The translations under genes were made by a program, and so were the position numbers. This document shows, piece after piece, positions 26,750 to 35,551 of a stretch of 36,251 bases of DNA. Origin of the DNA: Chloroflexota bacterium (GTDB lineage: Bacteria > Chloroflexota > Anaerolineae > Aggregatilineales > Phototrophicaceae); the NCBI GenBank assembly GCA_010092805.1, contig JAADYY010000077.1:1-36251 (forward strand), in the 5' to 3' direction. The stretch's first letter is position 1; each line of letters starts with the position of its first letter. The notes under the pieces are model-generated. The model was not told where the DNA came from, ran no database searches, and was given only the letters and a program-made list of their open reading frames with translations.

Positions 26750-28267
26750 TCACCAGCGCCACAACCAAAAGTCAGAAAAACTGCATGAGGTGTTCACATC
26801 GGCGAAATTGACGACCGCTGTGCCAACCTCGCCAGCAACCGGCACATTGTCGAGACGGCCCACAGATTGGCCGTTGATGTAATAGTAAAGTGTATTCGCA
26901 TCAGCGATGACGAGCAAATTGTGCTCGCCTGGCTCAATCGCGGGGTTCTCTCCGAACAGGCCCGGGTTGAAGACGCCGCTCGTCCGCTGTGACAGCCCGT
27001 AGCCGCCAGTCGCATCGATGTAAGCGAGTGCGTAGTTGTTCTCGTCCTCAAAACGGAAGACGATGCCGCAGCCACCCGGCCCCGGCGTTGTGGTTTGCAG
27101 CAGCACCGAAGCCCCCAGCGCGAAGTTGGTGTAGCGCAGGCCGCGACCTAACATCACCCGGCTGACACCGATCCCCGTCGCTTGCACCGAACTCTGCGGG
27201 ACTGTCAGCGACATTTCACCCGAAGCATCGACAACGTGACGCTGTTCCAGTTCACGCACCACCAGCCGACCGTCCGAGCTGGTGCCGATTTCGTTCGGCA
27301 GCACCGGCTGCCCATCGATTTGCAGCGGCGTTGAGATGATCAGGTTATCAAACACGGCCAGAGTCTCGCTGGGCGTCGATCCAGTGGTGCCAGCGGCCAA
27401 CCCGACCGCGCCGCTCGATGGCAGCGTTTGATCGCTGACACTGCCGATAAGGCCGCCATCATAAAAGAAATCGAAGCCGACGCCACGCGCCAACATCCCC
27501 AGCCGAAACCGCGTCGTACCGGGCACGATACTCGGGTGCGGCCCCCAATCGCGCAGCACTGTGGATTCGCCGCGCACGATCACCGAAAACCGCCACAGCC
27601 CTTGATCATTCAACTCGAAAAGATAGTAGTTGCTCGCCTGCCGCCGCCCAACCACCCCGACGATCCAACCAGAACCGGCGTTGTTAACGGCTGCGACCTC
27701 GGTTTCGGCGTAAAAGTCGGCTGCATTCACGGCACTGACCGGGAATGCGACCCCGGTCGTGCGCGCTGTAGCAATCCTCAATGTGATTTGGCCGCCGCTG
27801 GTGTCAGTATCGAGGCTGTCACCGAGTGGCATCCACAGCGGGGAACCGAGAAAGTCTTCGTTTGTGGCTGTCTCGGCGAACCCCGGCAGCAGTGTGAGTG
27901 TGTAGCGTCCCGCCGCGTTGTTGAAGCCGGAAACAGTCACTGTGTAGGTATCGGTGCGCGGCAGAATGATCGCTTCCAGCAGGGCATCAACGCTGTCTGG
28001 ATAATTGTAGTCGTCGTTGCTGATGATCGGGCGTCCCACCCCGTCCGTGACGCTCAACACCGGGTCGAAACCGTCAGCGCCCCGCGCAATGAGCGAATAA
28101 ACACTGCCGCTGGGTGCGGGGAACGTCCAAGCGTTGCTCGCGCCGGGGCCGAGATTGCCAGCCACCGGCACCAACGGGGTGAGCGGCTGTTGGTTTTGGG
28201 CTGCTAACGGCGCGCTCAGGAGCAGCAGCCCACACAACACCACAACGATCGGTGTAAATCGCGTCAT
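26750..28267 (-). CDS. Secreted protein: PPC-like domain plus two ConA/DUF1080-like beta-sandwich domains
   Basis: Signal peptide; FDPVL...SNDD...DALL...TYTVTV...GRYTLTL (PPC-like); two repeats of the form GIVFR...NY...G...YYING...G.VG...F.N/D. ATG at 28267. Confidence 0.75.
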   Translation of the reverse strand: MTRFTPIVVVLCGLLLLSAPLAAQNQQPLTPLVPVAGNLGPGASNAWTFPAPSGSVYSLIARGADGFDPVLSVTDGVGRPIISNDDYNYPDSVDALLEAIILPRTDTYTVTVSGFNNAAGRYTLTLLPGFAETATNEDFLGSPLWMPLGDSLDTDTSGGQITLRIATARTTGVAFPVSAVNAADFYAETEVAAVNNAGSGWIVGVVGRRQASNYYLFELNDQGLWRFSVIVRGESTVLRDWGPHPSIVPGTTRFRLGMLARGVGFDFFYDGGLIGSVSDQTLPSSGAVGLAAGTTGSTPSETLAVFDNLIISTPLQIDGQPVLPNEIGTSSDGRLVVRELEQRHVVDASGEMSLTVPQSSVQATGIGVSRVMLGRGLRYTNFALGASVLLQTTTPGPGGCGIVFRFEDENNYALAYIDATGGYGLSQRTSGVFNPGLFGENPAIEPGEHNLLVIADANTLYYYINGQSVGRLDNVPVAGEVGTAVVNFADVNTSCSFSDFWLWRW

Positions 28268-28313
28268 GGAGGGCACACCAAGCTCATCAGGCAAACCTCA
28301 CATCAGAATTCCT

Positions 28314-28997
28314 TCAGTTGAGGGGCCGCCATTCGGGGTACCGCGTGAGCAGCCCGTCGATGTACAGCTTGAATTCATCGGTCGTCATCTCCACGCCGCT
28401 GACCCAGCGCACATTCTCTGCTTCCATCAGGCGGCGCTGCTCACCCGCCAGCCGCAGATCCTGGCGCAGGTTGTTTTGCGGGTGGGTCTCACGCTCGCGC
28501 TTGCCGGCGAGCACTTTGAACGATTCGCGGTACTCGTAGGCCTCAAGATCGCCCGGTGGCATGAACGTGTATACAGGCAGATAGCGTTCATCACTGCGGA
28601 GCGCGCCCGCCAGCATCCAGTGACCTTTGGGCACACGCGCCCGCTTCTTGACCTCGAAGCGCCACAGGATGAGGCTCACGTCGGCGTCGGTTGCCATGTT
28701 TTCCTGCACCGCGCCGCCTTGCATGAGCCGCACACCCTTCGCGTCCAGTTGGACGGCGCGCCCGCTGGGCCAATGCTGCTTGAGGTAACGCTCCAGCACC
28801 GCAGTGCCTAAGTATGCCGCCCCGAAGCCCAGGATGATCGCTAACAGGTTCAGCCCCATGTTTGGAAGCAAGGCGTTGATGATGGCATAGCCAAACACCC
28901 AGATCACGATAAAGCTCAGCAGGATAGCCAGCCGCAACCGTCCATGCTCGCGATCAACCGGGATGGTCAGCGGTTGTTGTGTCGTTTCGAATGTCAT
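28314..28997 (-). CDS. Hypothetical two-TM membrane protein
   Basis: Two hydrophobic helices then a soluble domain. AGGAG SD; start overlaps the upstream methyltransferase stop (ATGA). Confidence 0.82.
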   Translation of the reverse strand: MTFETTQQPLTIPVDREHGRLRLAILLSFIVIWVFGYAIINALLPNMGLNLLAIILGFGAAYLGTAVLERYLKQHWPSGRAVQLDAKGVRLMQGGAVQENMATDADVSLILWRFEVKKRARVPKGHWMLAGALRSDERYLPVYTFMPPGDLEAYEYRESFKVLAGKRERETHPQNNLRQDLRLAGEQRRLMEAENVRWVSGVEMTTDEFKLYIDGLLTRYPEWRPLN

Positions 28998-29767
28998 GTG
29001 GACTCCTGTGTAGCCCCGGTCAGGGCGAAGAAGATGACCCGACCGGCCTGTGATGCAGCGGGGTCGAAGGGGTCAAGGCTGGTGGTGAGCAGCGCCGAAA
29101 TGCTGAACCCCGTGCGCTGCAAAAGGGCTGCCACTGCTTGCACCGGGAACCCGCGCTGCGTGTGGACGAAGGTGCCGCGCACGAACTGCGCGGTATCGCG
29201 CCGGAAGATGGTGTAGGTGGTGGTGGTCATCAGGCGCTCGTAATCGAATTGCGGTTCAGCAAACACAACGGTATCGTCATCGCTGTAGACGCGGCGTCCG
29301 CCATGTGTACCCGCCTCGGCCAGCCCCTGAATGGTGTAGAGATCAAAGATGAACAGTTTGCCCGGCTCGAGGGTGCGTTGGGTGCTGTTAAACACCGCCT
29401 CCAACTCGCGCAGGCTGTTCAATTCATTCAGGACGTTCAATGCCAACACCATGTCCACCGGGAGCGACAATTCCAGGTGGCGCATGTCGCCCGACTGCCA
29501 GCGCAGCGGCAGCCCATCAGATTTGACATTTTGGCGTGCCGTCGTCAGCATGGCCTCGGACGCATCAATGGCCGTGACGTTCAGGCCAAGCTGATTGGCC
29601 AGCCATTGGGCGCTGCGCCCTGTCCCGCATCCCAGATCAAGGATGCTGCGCCCCACCCAATCATTCGACTGTGCCCAGTTGATCAGGCGTGGGGTCATGT
29701 CCTCTGCAAATGAGGCCATACCAATTTTATCGTAGATGGGGGCGATAAACGCATAGTCATCGGCCAT
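28994..29767 (-). CDS. Class I SAM-dependent methyltransferase
   Basis: APIYD, ILDLGCGTG, AIDASEAML, GDMR and LEPGKLFIFD motifs. Confidence 0.92.
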   Translation of the reverse strand: MADDYAFIAPIYDKIGMASFAEDMTPRLINWAQSNDWVGRSILDLGCGTGRSAQWLANQLGLNVTAIDASEAMLTTARQNVKSDGLPLRWQSGDMRHLELSLPVDMVLALNVLNELNSLRELEAVFNSTQRTLEPGKLFIFDLYTIQGLAEAGTHGGRRVYSDDDTVVFAEPQFDYERLMTTTTYTIFRRDTAQFVRGTFVHTQRGFPVQAVAALLQRTGFSISALLTTSLDPFDPAASQAGRVIFFALTGATQEST

Positions 29768-29795
29768 GTGCAGAGTCCTTTGCGGGTGCTGGTGG

Positions 29796-30440
29796 TCAGC
29801 GAGTAAATAGCGGGGCGGTGGCGTAAATCACGTCGAGCGCCGCGCTGTAAATGACGACACTTTGAATGGGTTGGAAGTCGAGTGTCTCTGGGAGATCATA
29901 ATGGTGATTGCCATCGGTCGCGCGCAATGGGCCAACTTCAACCTCCGCATCTTGAAAACGCAGTTCCTGCGGTGTGCTTGGGTTGGAATGCGTTGATAGG
30001 TAGACGAGCAGGTCTGGCCCAGGGACGATGGTGAAGTTTTCTAAGCGCAGCAGCGGTGCGCCATCTCCGCGCGGAAAGATGCGGATTTCGCCAATCACCG
30101 GCCCAATCGCATCCACCGCCTCCAGCGATCCGTCAGCGATGACGCCGCCTAATCCGCTCGGCCTTGACTCCTCGTCTTCCGGTGCCATGACGCGCGGTTG
30201 CAGCGACGCCTCGAACATCGCGATGGCGCGGGTGGGATTGTCTGCCGCCAGGGCCAGATAGGCCTGCTGTTGGTTGGTAGGCAGCCTGCCGAAATCGGCC
30301 TGCAAGCCTGCACGCAACCCCGGAAACGCTTCACCGCCTGCAAGCGGGTCACCTTGCAACAGCGGCAGCCATTGGGGGAATGTGAAGGTGATGATGACGA
30401 GCAGGGCACCCAGTGTGATGAGTAGTAACCTGAGACGCAT
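29796..30440 (-). CDS. Membrane-anchored DM13 domain protein
   Basis: N-terminal hydrophobic anchor; LRLENF...GPDLLVYLS, GPLRATDGNHHYDLP, SVVIY. Confidence 0.8.
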   Translation of the reverse strand: MRLRLLLITLGALLVIITFTFPQWLPLLQGDPLAGGEAFPGLRAGLQADFGRLPTNQQQAYLALAADNPTRAIAMFEASLQPRVMAPEDEESRPSGLGGVIADGSLEAVDAIGPVIGEIRIFPRGDGAPLLRLENFTIVPGPDLLVYLSTHSNPSTPQELRFQDAEVEVGPLRATDGNHHYDLPETLDFQPIQSVVIYSAALDVIYATAPLFTR

Positions 30441-30531
30441 GATGATGGGTCATGTGCTAATGCAACAAAAATAGCTTAGCACAGAAGCGCATATGCGGCT
30501 AGTGCGCAGGCCGCACACAGTGGCGCGTGAG

Positions 30532-31242
30532 TCAGCTGTTGCGCGTGGGCATACAGTATCCCTGACCGGGAACCGTGACGATATAGGTGGGTCGGCGTGG
30601 ATTCTCTTCCATTTTTTGGCGCAGCCGCGAGATGTTCACCCGCAGCACCGAATAGTCGCCTTCGTACTGCTCGCCCCATACGTTGCGCAGCAAATCATCA
30701 TGCGAGATTACCTGGCCCGCATTGCGCATCAGCGCCACGAGAATCCCGTATTCGATAGGCGTCAAATGCAGTTTCTTGCTGCGCAGTGTGGCCTGACGCC
30801 GCGCCATATCGACTTCGAGCTGGCGCACGGTCAGTTTCGGCTCCAGCGGCGGCGTCCAATCGACGCGGCGCAGTAGTGCCCCCACCCGCGCGATCAACTC
30901 CTCCGGTGAGAACGGCTTGACCATGTAATCATCTGCCCCAGCTTCCAGCGCCAGGACTTTGTCGCGCTCTTGCGTAAACCCGCTGATCACGATGAGTGGC
31001 AGCAGGGAATTGATGCGCACCTGCCGCAATACATCCAGCCCGTTCATATCAGGCAGGTTGATGTCCAACAGCACTAGATCAGGCGGTGTGGTACTGATCT
31101 CATGCAGGGCCAAATCGCCGCGAGCAACAGCAACTGCGACATACCCGGCATTTTCCAACAAAGTGCCGACTACTTCAGCCGTATCGCTGTCATCTTCGAC
31201 GATAAGGATTTGGCGCGTTTGCTCTTCTGATAACGTCAGCAT
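30532..31242 (-). CDS. OmpR/PhoB-family response regulator
   Basis: ILIVEDD, DLVLLDINLPD, GADDYMVKPF, LTPIEY, LRVNISRLRQK, TVPGQGY. Probable ATG at 31242. Confidence 0.95.
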   Translation of the reverse strand: MLTLSEEQTRQILIVEDDSDTAEVVGTLLENAGYVAVAVARGDLALHEISTTPPDLVLLDINLPDMNGLDVLRQVRINSLLPLIVISGFTQERDKVLALEAGADDYMVKPFSPEELIARVGALLRRVDWTPPLEPKLTVRQLEVDMARRQATLRSKKLHLTPIEYGILVALMRNAGQVISHDDLLRNVWGEQYEGDYSVLRVNISRLRQKMEENPRRPTYIVTVPGQGYCMPTRNS

Positions 31243-31579
31243 GACCCTGGCTCGGAGACAAGTGAACACAACTAAACGGAAATTCAACCTTAGCCTAATT
31301 AAAGCATAGTCTGGGGGCTTTTCGCAAATGAAGTCCTGCATGGGAGTGATGTTGGCTGCACGTGTTTAGGGGCGAAGGTGGTTCACGATGGGTTGCAATT
31401 GCGGATTATGGGGTTGCTGAGGAGTACAAACTACGCGGTTGACCAAATCACACCACGCAATATCTAGTTGTGACCTCTAGACACCCGCTATGGAAACACC
31501 AATCGTGTGGGCGATTAAGCCGATGGCGCATCGAAGCGCCCCGCTGTCATGTGTGGGGCACTAACTGGGTATAGAGGTA

Positions 31580-31653
31580 TGGGCGGTGCAGAACTCGAAT
31601 CTGCGACCTCACGCTTGTAAGGCGCGCGCTCTAACCAACTGAGCTAACCGCCC
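31580..31653 (-). tRNA. tRNA-Val(TAC), CCA not encoded
   Basis: Reverse complement GGGCGGTTAGCTCAGTTGGTTAGAGCGCGCGCCTTACAAGCGTGAGGTCGCAGATTCGAGTTCTGCACCGCCCA folds as a cloverleaf with anticodon TAC. Confidence 0.95.
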
Positions 31654-31769
31654 ATGTCTGAAATTTGTGATGAGGTGCCAACCTCTACGATACAATGGAT
31701 CTTACAACAAGCCGTCAGGTTGATCAATCCCGCGCTCGTGGCCACCGCTCGTAGGTTAGCAAGCGCTGC

Positions 31770-33524
31770 TCACATATGATCTGGACTGCTCATCCCCATC
31801 AGCCGCAGCGTGCGGCGGAAGACGATCTGGGCCGCGCGATAAAAACGCAGCCGCGCGCGTGCGACTTCCGGCGGGACTTCGCTGTGCAACACACGCACAC
31901 CGTCGAAGATGGGGTGAAAGACGTTCGCCAACTCGAGTGCGTAGAACGCGATACGATGCGGCTCGAAGTTGCGCACCGACAACTCGATGACCTCGCCGAG
32001 TTCGAAGGCTTTGCGCAGGAAGCGCAGCTCCGCTTCACCCAATAGGCTCAAGTCAGCGTCCTCATCAGTGACGCCGCGCAGCGCCGCCTCTCGAAAGATC
32101 CCGGCACAGCGGACGTGCGCATACTGGATGTAATAGACCGGGTTCTCGTTGGATTGCTTGACGGCCAAATCCAGATCAAAGTTGAGGTGCGAGTTGTGAT
32201 CGCGCGCGAGCAGGAAGTAGCGCACAGCGTCGGCGCTGGTTTGCTCAACCAGATCGTCGAGCGTCTCGAATTCGCCCATGCGCGTGCTCATACGGACTTC
32301 CTTGCCGTCACGCAGCAGCTTGACCAACTGCATCAGAATCACATTGAGCTTGTCGCCGTCTTGATCGAGCGCGCGCAGCCCGTACTGAACCACTTTCCAC
32401 TGTGCGGCGTGATCCGCGCCGAGCACATTGATCAACACATCGAAGCCGCGTTCGAGCTTATCGACGTGGTAGGCGATGTCTGGCAGGGTGTAGGTCGGTT
32501 CGCCGCTGCTCTTGACCATCACGCGGTCTTTGTCGTCGCCGAACTGCGTGCTGCGGAACCAGACCGCTTCACCTTTGCCATTCGTTTCGGCTGTTGCAAC
32601 CGCTTGATCGGCTGGCAACTCGTCCGGCGCGTCGGCCTGTTCATCGCCTTCGGCTGCGACCGCGCGGTAGACGTAGCCGCGCGCTTCCAAATCGGCGAGC
32701 ACTTTCCAGACGGTCTCGCTTTCGTAGAGGCTGTTTTCGTTGAAAAAGTTATCGTGGGTGATGTCGATGCGCTGCAATGAACTGCGGATCATCTCGAAGA
32801 TGTATTGTTCGCCGTAAGCTTTGAACGGCTGCCAATCTTCGCCGGTCAGCGCGTCGCCGCGCTCGGCTGCGAGCTGCTGACCGAGATCCTTGAGGTAGTC
32901 ACCATGATAGAACGGCTTGGATTTATCCGCTTTGTCTGGGATCTCGACGGATTGCCCCAACGCTTCGAGATAGCGCGTCCGCAGGCTGTTACCCAGCACG
33001 CGCATCTGTGCGCCGGCGTTGTTGAAATAGTATTCGCGCTGCACGCTGTACCCGGCGGCTTCCAGCAGACGGGCCATGGTATCGCCGACAACCGCGCCGC
33101 GACTGCGCCCGACCGTCAGCGGGCCGGTGGGGTTGGCGCTCACGAACTCGACCTGCGCGCGCTGCCCATCGCCGAGCGCTAGTGCGAACAGATCGTCTCC
33201 CTCAGCGATGATCTGTTCGGTTTGGGCGCGCAGCCAATCCTCATTAATGAAAAAGTTGATGTAGCCTGGGGGCGCGACCTCAACTTTGCCGACGCTGTCA
33301 ACGGCCATGATGTGTTTGGCGACTGCTTCAGCGATCTCAAGTGGCTTGCGTTTCGCCAACTTGGCCAGCGGCATCACCGCGACGTTGTAATCCCCTTGCT
33401 CGGCGCGCTTAGAGGGCTTGATTTCGAGTTCCGGCGGCGTAAAGTCTGGCAGATCACCAGCGGCTTGGGCCGCGCGGATCGCCTCGTTGGCCAGGCGGGT
33501 GTATGTGTGGGGCAGGATGTTCAC
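31770..33524 (-). CDS. argS: Arginine--tRNA ligase
   Basis: VEFVSANPTGPL, REYYFNNAG, PDIAYH, GADH, MSTR, NPVYYIQYAHVR and the anticodon-binding C-terminus. GTG start with AAGGA SD. Confidence 0.96.
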   Translation of the reverse strand: MNILPHTYTRLANEAIRAAQAAGDLPDFTPPELEIKPSKRAEQGDYNVAVMPLAKLAKRKPLEIAEAVAKHIMAVDSVGKVEVAPPGYINFFINEDWLRAQTEQIIAEGDDLFALALGDGQRAQVEFVSANPTGPLTVGRSRGAVVGDTMARLLEAAGYSVQREYYFNNAGAQMRVLGNSLRTRYLEALGQSVEIPDKADKSKPFYHGDYLKDLGQQLAAERGDALTGEDWQPFKAYGEQYIFEMIRSSLQRIDITHDNFFNENSLYESETVWKVLADLEARGYVYRAVAAEGDEQADAPDELPADQAVATAETNGKGEAVWFRSTQFGDDKDRVMVKSSGEPTYTLPDIAYHVDKLERGFDVLINVLGADHAAQWKVVQYGLRALDQDGDKLNVILMQLVKLLRDGKEVRMSTRMGEFETLDDLVEQTSADAVRYFLLARDHNSHLNFDLDLAVKQSNENPVYYIQYAHVRCAGIFREAALRGVTDEDADLSLLGEAELRFLRKAFELGEVIELSVRNFEPHRIAFYALELANVFHPIFDGVRVLHSEVPPEVARARLRFYRAAQIVFRRTLRLMGMSSPDHM

Positions 33525-33575
33525 GAAGCGGTGTCCTTGCTGTTTGGGCTGCTGACTGCGGCATTCCGGGGCATT

Positions 33576-34457
33576 CTAATGAGAATTGTGGTGGGACGCA
33601 AGCTGCGGCCCGGTCAGTTCGATCACGCCGTCGGCCATGACGGGCGCGCGGAAGCCGTCGGTGGGGCACACCCAACAATCGCCGTGCTCAATCAACATGG
33701 CGCTGTGGCAAACTGGGCAGCGCAGCACTTCCGCGAGCGGACGCGCCAATGTGGGCAGCGATTCGCCGGACTTGGTGCCCCACACGCGCTGATAATCGAC
33801 CTGCCAATAATCGAACGTGACACGCTCCACACCCATCGACTCAAGAATGGCGCGCAGCTTGCGCTCTGACCAGGTTTTGCCTGGCATCCAGCGCCCGGTC
33901 AGCCGCTGTGTGATCAGCAGTTGACCGTTGGGGCGCAGCACCCGCACCAGCTCACGGAGCACGGCTTCCGGGCTTTCCATGAACTCCAGCGACTCCAGGC
34001 AGGTGACGACGTCAAAGGTGTCGTCGGGAAACGGCAGATCCTCGGCGGGTGCCCACAGCAGAATGGTCTGTTCAGCGTGTGTGCGCTCATCGTGCAGCTT
34101 GGCGGCGGCTTGAGTCAGCATTTTGCGGCTCAAATCCAGCGCGATGACCCGGCCCTGAAACAGCGGATGACGGGCCAGCGCCAACGGCAGGCGACCTGTG
34201 CCGGTCGCCACATCGAGGACGAGCGGTGCTCGCAGCGACGCCAAAGCACTCATGATCGGCTGCGCCAGAAACATATGATCGTATTCGCGCCGGAAGTTCT
34301 TGACGCGGTCGTAGCGATCCGCGTAGCGATCATACAGCCAAATGACGACCCGCCGCCCCAGGTAGACACCTTCCGTTTCGATGAGCAGCCACCAGCCTAA
34401 CCCGATCAAGCCGAGCACCAGCAGCCCGATCACCGCTAGCAGGCCGACATCAGTCAC
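33576..34457 (-). CDS. Membrane-anchored UbiE-like SAM methyltransferase with C-terminal Trm112-like zinc ribbon
   Basis: N-terminal TM; VLDVATGTG, ALDLS, LPFPDDTFD, LRPNG; C-terminal LRCPVC...WVCPTD...DGVIEL. GTG at 34457 overlaps the upstream stop. Confidence 0.85.
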   Translation of the reverse strand: MTDVGLLAVIGLLVLGLIGLGWWLLIETEGVYLGRRVVIWLYDRYADRYDRVKNFRREYDHMFLAQPIMSALASLRAPLVLDVATGTGRLPLALARHPLFQGRVIALDLSRKMLTQAAAKLHDERTHAEQTILLWAPAEDLPFPDDTFDVVTCLESLEFMESPEAVLRELVRVLRPNGQLLITQRLTGRWMPGKTWSERKLRAILESMGVERVTFDYWQVDYQRVWGTKSGESLPTLARPLAEVLRCPVCHSAMLIEHGDCWVCPTDGFRAPVMADGVIELTGPQLASHHNSH

Positions 34458-35439
34458 GGAGCCAGCCCTGTTCGCGCAGCCAGGGCGCGCAACCCGCCAC
34501 ACCATCTGCCAGCGCGATACGCGGCGACCAGCCCAACAGCTCCTGGGATTTGGTCATCTTGATCGTCTGGTGCTGCTGCGTCCAGTTAAAGAAGTCCGGC
34601 AAGGCGCGCGCTTCATGAGCGGGCGGTGAGGCCAACATCGCGATCCCGGCAAGCGCGTAGCCCAACATGGGGGGCAGCGCCAGCCAATTGTTGTGGCCCG
34701 CGAGCCGTGCGTACAAACCCAGAAATTCACGCCAGGTTGGGGCGGGGTCCGGCGAGCAGTTGAAAGTTTGATTGTGTGCTGCCGGGTGAGTCGCCAAGAC
34801 GACCAATTGATCGACGACATCATCCACGTGGATCGGGTGGCTGGAGCCGCTGCCATCGCCGAACCAGGGTGTTGGGTTGAGCCGTGCGAGCCGGAACAGC
34901 CCGCCAGTCCAGGGCTGTGATCGCGGCCCGTAGATGAAAGCTGGCCGGTTGATTGCGTAACTGAGATTATGTTCGGCGCACACTCCACGGACGACGGCTT
35001 CCCCCTGGTTTTTCGTGACGGCGTAGGGCGAGATGCCGGGCGCAGGCTGCATATCCTCAGTGACATCGCCGGGCTGGGCGGTACCGTAAACACCAATCGT
35101 GCTGACATGGATGAGCCGCTGTACGCCAGCAGCGGCAGCCGCACGTGCAACTGCGCGCGTCCCTTCGACGTTGACGGCCTGCTGTTCCGCCCAGCCGCGA
35201 AACGCAGCCGCCACATGAAAGACATATGCGCAGCCAGCGACCGCTTGCATTATGGTGTTCGCATCGGTGACGTCACCGATGACAATTTCGATGCCGCGCG
35301 CCCGTAGCAACTCGGCTTTGGCGGCGGAGCGGGCCAACGCCCGGACGTGTGCGCCATCGTCCGCCAGGCGCAGTGCCAGCGCCCCGCCTAAAAATCCTGT
35401 TGCCCCGGTGACGAAGACTTGCTGTCCGCTGAGTGTCAT
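34450..35439 (-). CDS. NAD-dependent epimerase/dehydratase (extended SDR)
   Basis: VTGATGFLG, HVAA, VNVEGT, HVST, YAVTK (YxxxK), IYGP and HVDD motifs. Confidence 0.93.
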   Translation of the reverse strand: MTLSGQQVFVTGATGFLGGALALRLADDGAHVRALARSAAKAELLRARGIEIVIGDVTDANTIMQAVAGCAYVFHVAAAFRGWAEQQAVNVEGTRAVARAAAAAGVQRLIHVSTIGVYGTAQPGDVTEDMQPAPGISPYAVTKNQGEAVVRGVCAEHNLSYAINRPAFIYGPRSQPWTGGLFRLARLNPTPWFGDGSGSSHPIHVDDVVDQLVVLATHPAAHNQTFNCSPDPAPTWREFLGLYARLAGHNNWLALPPMLGYALAGIAMLASPPAHEARALPDFFNWTQQHQTIKMTKSQELLGWSPRIALADGVAGCAPWLREQGWLRD

Positions 35440-35551
35440 CGCAGATTTCCTTTGCTTGCGTTCATCGGTGTTGTGGATAGCGCGACTCTAACTCGATTCC
35501 ACCCATCTACGGAACACCGATCTTCGGTCGATCTGCACGATCATCCAGCGA

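Noticed and set aside
31243-31653. tRNA-Val as the integration site of a genomic island
   Set aside because: No integrase, and I found no duplicated tRNA 3' end in the window by eye. Downstream genes look like native chromosomal genes.
33525-33575. T-box leader for argS
   Set aside because: The gap is only about 50 nt and has no T-box motif.
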